A stretch of 64,000 bases of DNA from positions 32,001 to 96,000 of the IMG/VR virus record IMGVR_UViG_3300046535_002148. One strand, 5' to 3'. The position numbers and the translations under genes were made by a program. The stretch comes from a virus. Below the pieces are notes generated by a model. It saw only the letters and a list, made by a program, of their open reading frames with translations, ran no database searches and was not told the origin of the DNA. Within the stretch, counting starts at the first letter, position 1. Every line of letters begins with the position of its first letter. Below are positions 38,934 to 48,503 of the stretch, in pieces.

Positions 38934-39911
38934 TCAGGGCGTGACCGAGCTGTCGACCAGGCGTCGTGCCTGCTCCGGGTGGTGCACCAGGCCACCGATG
39001 TCCTTGCGGCACCGGTAGTGGGTGTAGTCCACCGTGTTCTCGTCCCAGGACTTGACCTGCATGCCGCCGTACATCGCGAACCGGCCGACGTCGCCGCCGA
39101 AGATCCACAGTTCGTTGGCGGGGATGAAGCTCTCGCCGTCGTCGTCGGTGTAGTTGACGACCTGCTGGACGGTCGCGGCCTTGTAGACACCGAGGCGTCC
39201 ACGCGACCGGACCTCCGCCGTGGCCTCGGGGTCGAACCCGAGGTTGAAGTCGGAGATCTTGTCGACCATCGAGGCGCGCCCGATGATCGTGACCGGCACC
39301 GGCGCGGCACCGTTCGGCTTGATGGCGTCGCGGACCTCACGGAGCGCGGCGTCGACCTCGGGCTTGGACAGACCCGCCGTGGCCACGTAGTACGGGCTGG
39401 TGGAGGGGACGGCCATCTGCAGCATCTCGAAGATGCGGCGGTTGACCTCGGCCTCGAGGCGCATCTGGCCGAGTGAGACCAGGTCCTCCATCGCCGTCGC
39501 GAAGTTCATACGGAGCTTGTCCGTGTGCTCCGAGACGTGGAAACCGATGGTGTCGCGCGGGAGGGTCCAGTCCTCCTCGCGGATCTGGCTTTCCTCGATG
39601 TAGCCACCACGGGAGGTGTAGAACACCTTCATCCCGCGACGCTCGGTCAGCTGGAACCGGTCGAACTCACCGACGTTCTCGACGCGGAAGTACTTCGAGA
39701 ACTCGTTGGTGAAGGTGAACTGGTAGTCGAGGACGTTGCTGATGTCCTGGGCAACCTGGCGCTGCCAGTTGTGGTTGCTCCAGTTCTCGCGGGCCTCTTC
39801 GTTGAACTTCGCGCGCAGAGCGGCGAGCTCCTCGACCTTGCCCTTGTCCTGACCCCAGGGGTCAACGGACCCACGAGTGTTCATGAGCTGCGACGCAGTA
39901 GTCGTCGTCAT
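38934..39911 (-). CDS. Major capsid protein
   Basis: 325 aa, follows scaffold and decoration genes, strongly biased codon usage. Confidence 0.75.
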   Translation of the reverse strand: MTTTTASQLMNTRGSVDPWGQDKGKVEELAALRAKFNEEARENWSNHNWQRQVAQDISNVLDYQFTFTNEFSKYFRVENVGEFDRFQLTERRGMKVFYTSRGGYIEESQIREEDWTLPRDTIGFHVSEHTDKLRMNFATAMEDLVSLGQMRLEAEVNRRIFEMLQMAVPSTSPYYVATAGLSKPEVDAALREVRDAIKPNGAAPVPVTIIGRASMVDKISDFNLGFDPEATAEVRSRGRLGVYKAATVQQVVNYTDDDGESFIPANELWIFGGDVGRFAMYGGMQVKSWDENTVDYTHYRCRKDIGGLVHHPEQARRLVDSSVTP

Positions 39912-39929
39912 ATCGAGTGACCCCCTTCC

Positions 39930-40466
39930 TTACTTGTTGAGGACGACCTCGACACGGCCACCAGCCGCGTCGAACTCGACGACCTCACCGATCGAGGTGG
40001 CGGACTGCGGGTCGGCGACGTCGATGAACTTCGCGCCGTCCCAGGCAAGGCCCCGGCCAATGGCCACCGACGCGGTGGCGAACATGGTCACGGCCGGGAT
40101 GACGCGACCATCGCTGCGCGTCTGCGAGGGCGTGTTCCGGAACCAGACCTTCACGCCGGCACCGTTGGTGACGACGGAGAGTCGGCCGGGGATGCACTTG
40201 CCCCGCTCGAAGGAGTCGATCCGCATCGACTGGTAGATCGTGCGGTCCCAGACCTCTTCCTGCACGAGCAGGCCGCAGGTGTGCGGACGCGGCTTGGCGT
40301 TCGCGGCGGCGACCTTGAGGAAGTTCGGCGCGCTGGTGTCCTGCTCGACGAGCGTCCCGCACAGAAGGACGGGACCGCTTGCCGGAGTCCGGAGTCGGCC
40401 GTTCGAGTTGCGCATGGACTCGTCAGAGATGCGGAACCCGAAGTTCAGACCGTAATCGCTGGCCAT
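39930..40466 (-). CDS. Capsid decoration/cement protein
   Basis: ATG 40466 with GGAGG RBS; between scaffold and capsid genes. Confidence 0.6.
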   Translation of the reverse strand: MASDYGLNFGFRISDESMRNSNGRLRTPASGPVLLCGTLVEQDTSAPNFLKVAAANAKPRPHTCGLLVQEEVWDRTIYQSMRIDSFERGKCIPGRLSVVTNGAGVKVWFRNTPSQTRSDGRVIPAVTMFATASVAIGRGLAWDGAKFIDVADPQSATSIGEVVEFDAAGGRVEVVLNK

Positions 40467-40479
40467 TTCCCCTCCTTCC

Positions 40480-41229
40480 TTAGCGGTTGGCGGCGAGGAG
40501 CCGCATGAACGTGGTCTGGCCACCGGACGTGTCTGACGGGCCGTCACCAGCGCCCCGGAAGGCCGCGGTCTCACGCGCCGCCTTCTCGGACTTCTTGGCG
40601 TCGTCCTCGTCGTCGTCGGTCATGAAGGCCGGCTTCTCCTTGCCGTCCTTCTTGTCCTTCTTGACGGCACCGGCGGTCTCCTTGAGGTCGGCGATCGCCG
40701 CCTCGAAGGCCTCGGCCGACATCTCGGCCCAGCGCTGAATGCGCTCGTCGGTGAAGTACTTCTCGTCGAGACCGGCAAGTTCGGTCTTCGCCTTCTCTGC
40801 GCGCTCGGCGCGGAGCTTGGCGATCTCCTCCTTGCGGGCGACCTCGGCCTTGTGGCCGTCGAACTCCTTCTGGAGTTCCTCGGTGGCCTTCTCCGCAGCC
40901 GACTTCTCGGCCTCGACCTTGTCGATGCGAGAGAGCAGGTCCGCCTTCTCCGACTCCAGACCGTTGATCTGGTCCTGGAGTGCGGACTTCTCCGTCTCCA
41001 GCTTGTCCCTGTCCGCGTTGAGGGTGGCGGTCTGCCGCTTCACCTCTGCGTCGAGGACCGCCGCGTGCTCATTCGCGGTGTAAGTCCGCTCGTCGGGCAT
41101 GACGGCTTCTCCCTCCTTCGCAATTTCCGGGTCGACGGCCCGGCAGAAGGAGCAGGGAGCGTGCGAAGCGCCCTCCGGCTTGAGAGCCAGAAGGGCGTCG
41201 TGCGCTTCTTGTGCCGTCCGCGTCGCCAT
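40480..41229 (-). CDS. Scaffolding protein
   Basis: Charged coiled coil between protease and capsid genes; start uncertain. Confidence 0.7.
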   Translation of the reverse strand: MATRTAQEAHDALLALKPEGASHAPCSFCRAVDPEIAKEGEAVMPDERTYTANEHAAVLDAEVKRQTATLNADRDKLETEKSALQDQINGLESEKADLLSRIDKVEAEKSAAEKATEELQKEFDGHKAEVARKEEIAKLRAERAEKAKTELAGLDEKYFTDERIQRWAEMSAEAFEAAIADLKETAGAVKKDKKDGKEKPAFMTDDDEDDAKKSEKAARETAAFRGAGDGPSDTSGGQTTFMRLLAANR

Positions 41230-41276
41230 CTCGATGTGGGGCATCGGCGATCGCGGAGATCTCTGAAATTTGCCCC

Positions 41277-42530
41277 TCAGGCAGAAGCGATGACTGCCGC
41301 CATGAGGTTCTGCCACTCCTCGGGGGACATCCCGTTCGCGGCCTCGAATGTGCTTTCCGCGGCCTGCTCGGCCTGCTTCATGACAACGGCGTCGGCATGT
41401 GCCCAGCCCGGTCGTGCGGGCGGGAGAATCAGTGCCGACCCGAGGAACGTGGGGTTGTTGAAATGACGCACGGAGGACCGTTCACGGATGTGGTCGCAGC
41501 CGGCGCCCTTCACCATGTCCATGTAGCCGACGGATTCCCCGCAGCCGCTCTCCCCGGCGCAGGTGACGGTCTCGGAGATGCACTCCATGGACTGCCAGAC
41601 CTTGCCCCATTCCGAGGCCTGCTCGACGAGCTGGGCCTCCTGGGGGTAGAGCCAGGTCCACATCGCCGACTGGGTGCGGATGTAGGGGAACTTCCGTCCG
41701 CCGTCGTCAGCCTTCTCCTGCGGGTAGACCATCTGGGCGCCGACGATGGTGCCGACGACCGACCGGGCCTCGTGCAGCCAGTTGAGCGGACCGTTGAGCA
41801 CTGAGGGCTGCCCGAACTCCAGATCCGCGGTGCTCCACAGGGCGCCGTTGCGGTTGGGCTCCTCGGAGCCGACCAACGCACCCTCGATCCAGAGGTAGTG
41901 CGGGTTGTCGGCCCGTCCGACGTTCTCCACGGGCGCGGCGAGCAGGGTCTTGCCGGCGACCTGGAGGACGACGGGCTGGGTGGTCGAGGTGTCGGGGGTG
42001 GCGTTGACGACGAGCCGCGCGGCTTCCTTGATGGCGGGCAGGTGGACGCCGTCGATGTTGAACACGACGGTGGTGCCCTCCGCGGCCTTCTCGTTCTTGC
42101 CGACGATCCCCTTGGCCCAGGCCGCACCGGCATCCCCGCCCCAGGCGAGCCAGGCCACGTAGCCGGGGGTCTCCTTGCCGGCGTCGCTCCAGCCGTTCTT
42201 CTTGTCCCCGGCGTGGCGGCTGAAGAACGAGTGCATCCGGCGGATCGTGGCCAGAGATACCGCAGTGCCGGCGGCGAGCTGCTTGGCCCGGGCGCGGCCG
42301 ACGTCGGTGAACCCGCCTCCGGCCTTGCCGTCGGCGATCAGCTGCAGCGCACGCCTGGCGGCGCTGCGCACTCCCTCGGGCGGGCTGTAGGTGTCCTCGG
42401 CCTCTTCCGGCAGGACGAGCGCGTCCTCGTCATCGGCGTAGGCGAGCAGTACGTCCATCGCCTGCTCGACGTTGCGCTGCTCGCCGAACTGCTTGGCCTT
42501 CTCGATGAGCTCGTCCCAGTAACCAGTCAT
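41277..42530 (-). CDS. Capsid maturation protease-like protein with extra N-terminal domain
   Basis: PNRNGALW...PLNWLH..VVG...SMEC...FLGSAL..PARPG. N-domain RRMHSFFSRH...VAWLAWGGDAG. Confidence 0.65.
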   Translation of the reverse strand: MTGYWDELIEKAKQFGEQRNVEQAMDVLLAYADDEDALVLPEEAEDTYSPPEGVRSAARRALQLIADGKAGGGFTDVGRARAKQLAAGTAVSLATIRRMHSFFSRHAGDKKNGWSDAGKETPGYVAWLAWGGDAGAAWAKGIVGKNEKAAEGTTVVFNIDGVHLPAIKEAARLVVNATPDTSTTQPVVLQVAGKTLLAAPVENVGRADNPHYLWIEGALVGSEEPNRNGALWSTADLEFGQPSVLNGPLNWLHEARSVVGTIVGAQMVYPQEKADDGGRKFPYIRTQSAMWTWLYPQEAQLVEQASEWGKVWQSMECISETVTCAGESGCGESVGYMDMVKGAGCDHIRERSSVRHFNNPTFLGSALILPPARPGWAHADAVVMKQAEQAAESTFEAANGMSPEEWQNLMAAVIASA

Positions 42531-44305
42531 GCCTGGTCCATCGACTCGTCGTCGTCGTTCGTGGACTCCGAGGCCTTCGTGCTGGGGTTACCGCCCGGCC
42601 CGCGCGGCGCGGCCTTCTTCGCCGGGTTGTTCGCGGTCCTGCCGCCACCGACAGGTCGCCCACCGCGCGCGCCCGAGACGCCCGGGGGTTCTCCGGTGTT
42701 GTTGGGTCCGGGCTTCTGCGCTGCCGGCTTGGCCGGGGTGGCGGGCGGGGGCTTCTCCTCCGGCTGTTTGCCCTCACCGGTCGGACCACCGGGCATCTGA
42801 CCCGGCATCAGGACGGTCTTGAAGACGTCGTCGTAGAACTCCCCTTCGACCTCCAGGCGCATGGCCTCGGTGGCCTGGTCGAGGCCGAAGTACTCGAGGA
42901 TCGTCTCCCGGGAGAGCTCGCGGGATGCGCGCAACGACAGCAGGCCCTGGATCTGGGACTGGTCGAAGGCCAGGGAGATGTTGCGGGGGGTGAAGACCAG
43001 GCTCGGTTCGGCGGTGAAGACGTCGGCGTTCTTCGGGTGCTGGCAGATCGCGTGGGCGATCTCGCGCTCGATGGTCCGCGAGAGCATGTGCCGGCGGTTG
43101 TCCATGACGCGGGCGACGATCTCGCTGATGGTCACCTGGGTCTCGTTGCGCTGGCCGCGGCCACCGACGGTCAGGGTGCCGAGCAGGCGGGACAGGATCT
43201 GGTTGTTGATGACCTCGTACTTGTCCGGCTGCAGAGTGAGGTCTGTTTTGGGCGCGACGATGTCGATGTTGAGGCGGTGGTCGGCGATGATGACCGGCGT
43301 GCGGGCGATGACGCTGTAGTTGTCGCGGAGGTTCTGCAGCTCCTCCGGCCGGGCGGGCATCTTGTCGTCGCCCTTGCGCACCAACAGGATGTAGTTGGCG
43401 TTGCCGATCAGGGCCGCGCGGTCGGACTGCATCAGCTGGGTCTTCATGTCCAGCAGCTGGAAGCAGCTCTTGAGGCGCGGTTCGGGGAACGGCTCGTAGT
43501 CCGCCTTGGTCGCGGTGTGCCGGAAGACCCACTCGGGGTCCATCATCAGCAGGTTGTTGACGTCGACGTTCCAGGTGACGAGCTTGCGGACGTCCTCCGG
43601 CGGCGGGGTGTAGGTGCCGGTGAAGAACGCGATCATCAGCGGGTCGTCGATCTGCTTCTCGAAGGCCCGCTGGTAGTACCCGACCTCCTCGGTGTTGGAG
43701 GCCCAGCACAGCCGGTCCCCACCAAGGGGTCCGAGGTCGACAGGGATGCAGCGCGCGGGGTTCAGCGTGCGCAGCGCGATCGGGCACCAGATGCGGAAGG
43801 TGCGCTTGCGGCGGTTGCCGCCCTTGGTCTTTCCGCGGACGGTGTAGGTCTTCCAACCCCAGATCTTGGCCACGACGGTCTGGGAGATCGTGAACTCCTC
43901 GCGCCACATGGAGCGCACGACCTGGTCGAGGTTGACGTCGCGGGACCACTGGTTGAAGACGTCGGCCTCGTCGCCCTCCTCGGACTCCCACTTCAGTCCC
44001 TGGAAAGCGATGGCCTCGGTGATCTCGGAGACGCCGGAGACGATGGAGTCGTACTTGAGGGCGTGCCGGGCTGCGCGCATCTCGTCGTAAGGGTTGTCCG
44101 GGGGGACGTAGGCGCCCTTGTCGAACATGTTCGAGCGGCTGGTCGCGGCGCGGGCGTTGTCGACCCAACGGGAGAGCTGGGACGCCAGTTGGCGGACCTC
44201 CGCGTTCTCGGTGATCGCGGCCGAGGAGATCTCGGTGGTGTTCCACATCTGCATCGGGCGCCCGGCGACGGGCAGGTCGGAGACGACCTCGATCGGCTCA
44301 GCCAC
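42527..44305 (-). CDS. Portal protein
   Basis: Size, synteny, LSRETILEYFGLD motif, low-complexity Pro/Gly tail. Confidence 0.75.
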   Translation of the reverse strand: MAEPIEVVSDLPVAGRPMQMWNTTEISSAAITENAEVRQLASQLSRWVDNARAATSRSNMFDKGAYVPPDNPYDEMRAARHALKYDSIVSGVSEITEAIAFQGLKWESEEGDEADVFNQWSRDVNLDQVVRSMWREEFTISQTVVAKIWGWKTYTVRGKTKGGNRRKRTFRIWCPIALRTLNPARCIPVDLGPLGGDRLCWASNTEEVGYYQRAFEKQIDDPLMIAFFTGTYTPPPEDVRKLVTWNVDVNNLLMMDPEWVFRHTATKADYEPFPEPRLKSCFQLLDMKTQLMQSDRAALIGNANYILLVRKGDDKMPARPEELQNLRDNYSVIARTPVIIADHRLNIDIVAPKTDLTLQPDKYEVINNQILSRLLGTLTVGGRGQRNETQVTISEIVARVMDNRRHMLSRTIEREIAHAICQHPKNADVFTAEPSLVFTPRNISLAFDQSQIQGLLSLRASRELSRETILEYFGLDQATEAMRLEVEGEFYDDVFKTVLMPGQMPGGPTGEGKQPEEKPPPATPAKPAAQKPGPNNTGEPPGVSGARGGRPVGGGRTANNPAKKAAPRGPGGNPSTKASESTNDDDESMDQA

Positions 44306-44672
44306 GGCTCATGTCCAAGTCCTGGCGACGGACCTCGAGCATCCGCGAGGCGGTCTTCCACTGCCGGTCGCACTCGGCGAGGGCCCGCTCGGCCTCCTGG
44401 GTGCGGACCTGCTTCCACTCGCGCCGGCCTTCGACGCGGAACAGGTGCACGCACATCTCGCTCAGGCGTGCGCTGATCGCGGAGAGGGTGAGCATCGCCT
44501 GGTCGGGCTCCATGGCCCAGAGCTCACGCAGGCGGCTCAGGCAGTAGTCGATCTCGGCCTGGACCTTGTCCTTGCTCTCCAGCACCCCTGACGAGAGATT
44601 CGCCGCGACGTCGGGGACCAGGTCGGCGACGAACCCCGCCCGGCTGGTCCCCTCGACGGTGAACGTGCCCAC
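44298..44672 (-). CDS. Hypothetical helical protein
   Basis: GGAGG RBS; overlaps the portal start. Confidence 0.55.
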   Translation of the reverse strand: MGTFTVEGTSRAGFVADLVPDVAANLSSGVLESKDKVQAEIDYCLSRLRELWAMEPDQAMLTLSAISARLSEMCVHLFRVEGRREWKQVRTQEAERALAECDRQWKTASRMLEVRRQDLDMSRG

Positions 44673-44737
44673 ATGCCCTCCAGAACTCGGTTCTGGTGGG
44701 CCGCATCGTCGTTTTGGTCCGAGGAACTAAAAAATCC

Positions 44738-44905
44738 CTATCCGAAGGCGATCCCGCCGCCTGGCCACTCCTCGCCGTAGGGGTTTGCGCCGACGATGCC
44801 GTCGTTCTTCGCGGTGGCGACCGCGCCCTCGAACCAGGCCCGGAACAGCTGGTCGCGGATGTTGCTCTGGCAGTAGGGGCAGCAGTCCTTCGCGGGGTCG
44901 AGCAC
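44738..44905 (-). CDS. Small Cys-containing protein
   Basis: AGGAG RBS, GTG 44905, CCPYC. Confidence 0.5.
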   Translation of the reverse strand: MLDPAKDCCPYCQSNIRDQLFRAWFEGAVATAKNDGIVGANPYGEEWPGGGIAFG

Positions 44906-44912
44906 GGTGCTC

Positions 44913-45671
44913 CTAGATCGGGGTGCGGGCCAGCGCGAGCATGGCCTGGGCGTAGAGCTGACACACGCGGGACTCGGTGACATTCAGGGCCTCGGCGACG
45001 ACGCCGAAGCTGCAGCCGTCGTAGTGGTGAAGGGTCACGACGATGCGCAGGTTCTCGGCGAGCTTGCCGATGGCGTGGGCGAACAGGACCTTGGCCTCGG
45101 CGATGACCGCAGCGGTTTCCGGGGACTCTGCGCGCTGGTCGTCGATGAGCTCGGCCAGCGGGAGGCGGTCGCCCTTGCGGCCGACGGAGACCTCTTCGTC
45201 CAGCGGGTGGAAGTTGGCCGCGGAGACGTCGCGGGCGATGTCGGAGACCTCTTGCTCGCTGATCTCCAGGGCGCGGGCGAGCTCGCCGCGGTTGGGGGGC
45301 CTGCCGAGTTCGGCCTCCAGGCGCAGGAACGCGCCGTCGATCTCCCGTGCCCGGGCACGCACCGAGCGGGGCACCCAGTCCACGGCGCGCAGGCCGTCGA
45401 CGATCGCACCGCGGATGCGGGTCATGCTGTAGGTCTGGAACTTGATGCCGCGCTCGGGCTCGTAGCGCTCGATCGCATCGAGCAGCCCGAGGTTGCCCCA
45501 GCTGACCAGGTCGTCGCGGTCGACGTGCCCGGGGATGTTGCCGGCGACCATGCGGGCGACGTAGTTGACCAGCGGCTGGTAGTGGCGGGCGATCAGTTCC
45601 CGCAGCGCGGGATCGCCGACCTCCTTGTACCGCGCCCAGATCTCCGGGTCGACGGCTTCCATCATCGACAT
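44913..45671 (-). CDS. Sigma-70 family sigma factor, FliA/WhiG type
   Basis: DDLVSWGNLGLLDAIERYEPERGIKFQTY..TRIRGAIVDGLRAVDWVPRSVR (region 2), ELGRPP (region 3), LNVTESRVCQ (region 4). Confidence 0.93.
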   Translation of the reverse strand: MSMMEAVDPEIWARYKEVGDPALRELIARHYQPLVNYVARMVAGNIPGHVDRDDLVSWGNLGLLDAIERYEPERGIKFQTYSMTRIRGAIVDGLRAVDWVPRSVRARAREIDGAFLRLEAELGRPPNRGELARALEISEQEVSDIARDVSAANFHPLDEEVSVGRKGDRLPLAELIDDQRAESPETAAVIAEAKVLFAHAIGKLAENLRIVVTLHHYDGCSFGVVAEALNVTESRVCQLYAQAMLALARTPI

Positions 45672-47326
45672 CAGACGAACAGGTCCAGGATCGGACCGCC
45701 GTCGTCGGGGCCCTCGATGATCTTCTGGATCGGCGGGATGAACTTGGCCGCGGTGACCATCTTCAAGGCGTCGAGGGTGTGGAAGGAGCCGCCGCCGAAG
45801 ACCCGCCGGGTGCCGTAGGGCGAGCCGTTGTCCTTCTGCACCGTGTAGGTCTGGCCCTGCATCTCCATGATGATCTCGTTGTCGAAGGGCAGCTTGATCT
45901 TCTGCAGGTCGACGTAGTCGTTACGCAGCCAGTCGGTGGAGGCCTCGACGACGTTGCGCATGATGGCGAGGTCGGCCCGGGACTCGCCGTACTTCAGCTC
46001 ACGGTCCTCGAACCCGACCGGGTAGTTCTTGCTGAAGTTGTAGCCGTGGATGCGCGTCCCGATCCCCTCGTAGCGCGACAGCTGGTCGACCAAGGGGAAC
46101 CCGACGCCGGTCTGGTCGATGCCGAAGCTGACCAGGCTGTCGCCGTAGTGCCGGAACAACAGCTCGACGACGAACATCTGGTCGTCGATGTTGATGCGCT
46201 GCAGGTGGACACGGGTCAGGACATGCAGCTCGTCGGAGCCCTTGACCTGCCCGACGATGATGATCTCGCTGGGGTGATTGGTGACGCCGACGTCCATGCC
46301 GCCGTAGAAGGCCTCGTACCCGTGCGGGGCGCCGACCTCCTTGCGGTTGCGGTGCTGGCTCCAGCCGCTGATGTGCTCACCGGGCAGGTGGATCATGTTG
46401 CGGATCGCTTCCTGCCGACGGTCCGCCTCCTTGGGCAACTGCTCGACGATGATCGGGACGCGGGTGTAGACCTCGCTGTTGTAGCGCGAGGACTCCTCGA
46501 GGTCGATGCAGGCGTTGAGCTTGGCCAGTACGAAGACCACGCTGCTGGCGTCGCCGTGCTCGCCGTAGATGTTGCGCTTGTAGTTGATGTGCTGCCGCGA
46601 CCCGCCGAGCTGCTTGATCTTCTCCCGGCGCTCCTGCTCCGACCAGTGCGGGCGCATCATCGCCATGGGCCGGTGGACGGTCCAGGTCACGTCGGCGCTG
46701 GACTTCGAGCCCTCGGTGATCTCGAAGAAGTTGTCACGCACGCCCTTGGGCACGCCGTGGCAGCGCCAGGTGGCGCCGGGCAGGCCGCGGTTGAGGGTGT
46801 CGACGATCTCGGTCCAGCCTGCGGTCGGGTAGTCCTGGGCCTCGTCGAGCTCGATGGAGATGACGTGCTGGCCCTTGACGCCCTTGCCGTCCTTGTTGGG
46901 CAGGCGGGAGACGATCATCGTGCCGTTCTTGAACTTGGTCTGCCAGTGCGGCTGGCGGTTCATGCCGTTGCCCTTGCCGGCGGGCAACATCTCCCGCAGG
47001 ATCCGGGTGCTCAGCAGTCGACCTTCGATCGCGTCGGTGAGCGGCCGGAGGTGGTTCAGTTCCGGGGCGGTGACCAGCATCTTCTGGCCGCTGTAGGTGA
47101 ACGGGAACGAGCAGGACCGCATGGTGATCGACACGGTCTTGCCGGTGGCACGGGCGCCCTGGTCGACCTGGTGGCTGTCGCTGCACCGGTACCAGGAGTG
47201 CTGGAAGGGCCAGGCGCGGTAGCACCCGGAGTCGGTCTCCGGGTCGTACCAGGAGAACTCGGCGAGGTCGAGACCGCTGGGGTCGGTGAGCAGCGCCCAC
47301 AGGTACAGCTCTTCTTCTGACGGCAT
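45671..47326 (-). CDS. Terminase large subunit
   Basis: Walker A ARATGKT, LVTAP, Walker B ELDEAQ, nuclease motifs GGMDVG, IDQTGVG, HTLDAL. ATG 47326. Confidence 0.88.
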   Translation of the reverse strand: MPSEEELYLWALLTDPSGLDLAEFSWYDPETDSGCYRAWPFQHSWYRCSDSHQVDQGARATGKTVSITMRSCSFPFTYSGQKMLVTAPELNHLRPLTDAIEGRLLSTRILREMLPAGKGNGMNRQPHWQTKFKNGTMIVSRLPNKDGKGVKGQHVISIELDEAQDYPTAGWTEIVDTLNRGLPGATWRCHGVPKGVRDNFFEITEGSKSSADVTWTVHRPMAMMRPHWSEQERREKIKQLGGSRQHINYKRNIYGEHGDASSVVFVLAKLNACIDLEESSRYNSEVYTRVPIIVEQLPKEADRRQEAIRNMIHLPGEHISGWSQHRNRKEVGAPHGYEAFYGGMDVGVTNHPSEIIIVGQVKGSDELHVLTRVHLQRINIDDQMFVVELLFRHYGDSLVSFGIDQTGVGFPLVDQLSRYEGIGTRIHGYNFSKNYPVGFEDRELKYGESRADLAIMRNVVEASTDWLRNDYVDLQKIKLPFDNEIIMEMQGQTYTVQKDNGSPYGTRRVFGGGSFHTLDALKMVTAAKFIPPIQKIIEGPDDGGPILDLFV

Positions 47327-47337
47327 CGTGATCGCGC

Positions 47338-47589
47338 TCAAGGACGCACTCCCGAGAAAGGACGGACGTTGCCGAGCTCGCGCATGAACCCGAGGTAGGC
47401 CATGAGGTCCTTGGCGCCGTGGCGCCGGGCGAAGCCGGGGACGATGACGTACTCGCAGTCGTGGTAGCCGCGGATGCGAGCGATCGAGTCGACGTAGATC
47501 CACTGCTGCCTGCACAGGCCGCGGTTCTCGGCCCAGTACTGGGCGGCGTACCAGCTGTGGGCGAAGACCAGGACGGGCTGGCGCTTCAC
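47338..47589 (-). CDS. Hypothetical protein
   Basis: Coupled small ORF. Confidence 0.5.
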   Translation of the reverse strand: MKRQPVLVFAHSWYAAQYWAENRGLCRQQWIYVDSIARIRGYHDCEYVIVPGFARRHGAKDLMAYLGFMRELGNVRPFSGVRP

Positions 47590-48179
47590 GCGTCGCGCTC
47601 CCGCAGTCGCATGAAGTCCCGCAGGACGATGCTGGACATCTGGGGGTTCTCGCTGAGCACGTGGCCGACGAGTTCGGCGAGGAACAGGGCCCGGTACTCG
47701 AGGAAGTAGCCGGGCGAGACCTTCGCGTGCTCCGCGATCCGCTCCATGATCGCCATGTCCGGGCGGTACGGGATGACCTCGCCGGCGCGCTTGATCTGCT
47801 CCCCGGCCAGGAGCTTGGACAGGGTGCCCTGGCTGATGCCGGACTTCAGGGCGAACTGGCGTTGGGACCGTTCGCCGAGCAGCTTGCGGAACGCTTCGGG
47901 GAACGGGTCCATGGAGAACCGCGTCGGGAAGACGGTCTCCAGGACGACGTCCAGGCTGGCGAAGCGGGGTGGGCGCCGTCCGGTGCCGTTCTTGCGGGCG
48001 CCGCTGTTGCGGTCCTGGTCGTCCTTGACGGCGTTGAAGGCGTCACCGAGCAGCTTGCCCAGGGTGGCCATCCCGGCCGGTCCGTCGAAGTGGCGGATCC
48101 ACTCCCCCGCGCTGATGTCCGCGCAGTGCGGGTACAGCGCTTTCGCGTTGGCGTAGTCAGCTCGTGGGATAGGACTCAC
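47586..48179 (-). CDS. XRE-family helix-turn-helix protein
   Basis: SQRQFALKSGISQGTLSKLLAG...PDMAIMERIAE...VSPGYF. Confidence 0.8.
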   Translation of the reverse strand: MSPIPRADYANAKALYPHCADISAGEWIRHFDGPAGMATLGKLLGDAFNAVKDDQDRNSGARKNGTGRRPPRFASLDVVLETVFPTRFSMDPFPEAFRKLLGERSQRQFALKSGISQGTLSKLLAGEQIKRAGEVIPYRPDMAIMERIAEHAKVSPGYFLEYRALFLAELVGHVLSENPQMSSIVLRDFMRLRERDA

Positions 48180-48471
48180 CTGCCATGCAGCCGCAGGCGC
48201 GCTCGCCCCCGTCGATGTCGACGTAGGCGGCGAGGCAGGGCTCCCCGAGGTGGGCCCGGTGCATGCACTCGTACTGGCAGTGCCCGCGGGTGATGCGCGG
48301 GTTGGAGACCAGGAGCGTGTTGATGACCTCGACCCAGAGCTCGAGGTCGATCGTCATCCGCCCCACGAATTTCCCGAGCATCCAGACCTCGACGTGGACC
48401 TCATCGCCCACGACGAGTTCGTCGAAGTGAATTCCCTGACTCCTGCCGGTGTCTCGCCGGATCATCCACAT
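48157..48471 (-). CDS. Hypothetical protein with Cys/His-rich tail
   Basis: ATG 48471 with purine-rich RBS; C..C.H..H...C...CGC. Confidence 0.5.
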   Translation of the reverse strand: MWMIRRDTGRSQGIHFDELVVGDEVHVEVWMLGKFVGRMTIDLELWVEVINTLLVSNPRITRGHCQYECMHRAHLGEPCLAAYVDIDGGERACGCMAGESYPTS

Positions 48472-48503
48472 GCCGAGGCTGCCCTTCTCCGCTTCAGCGG
48501 CAG

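Noticed and set aside
11389-47320. Long plus-strand ORFs (11389-13341, 18071-21811, 30795-32543, 43037-44476, 45779-47320 and others)
   Set aside because: Antisense shadows of recognisable minus-strand genes, expected at this GC content.
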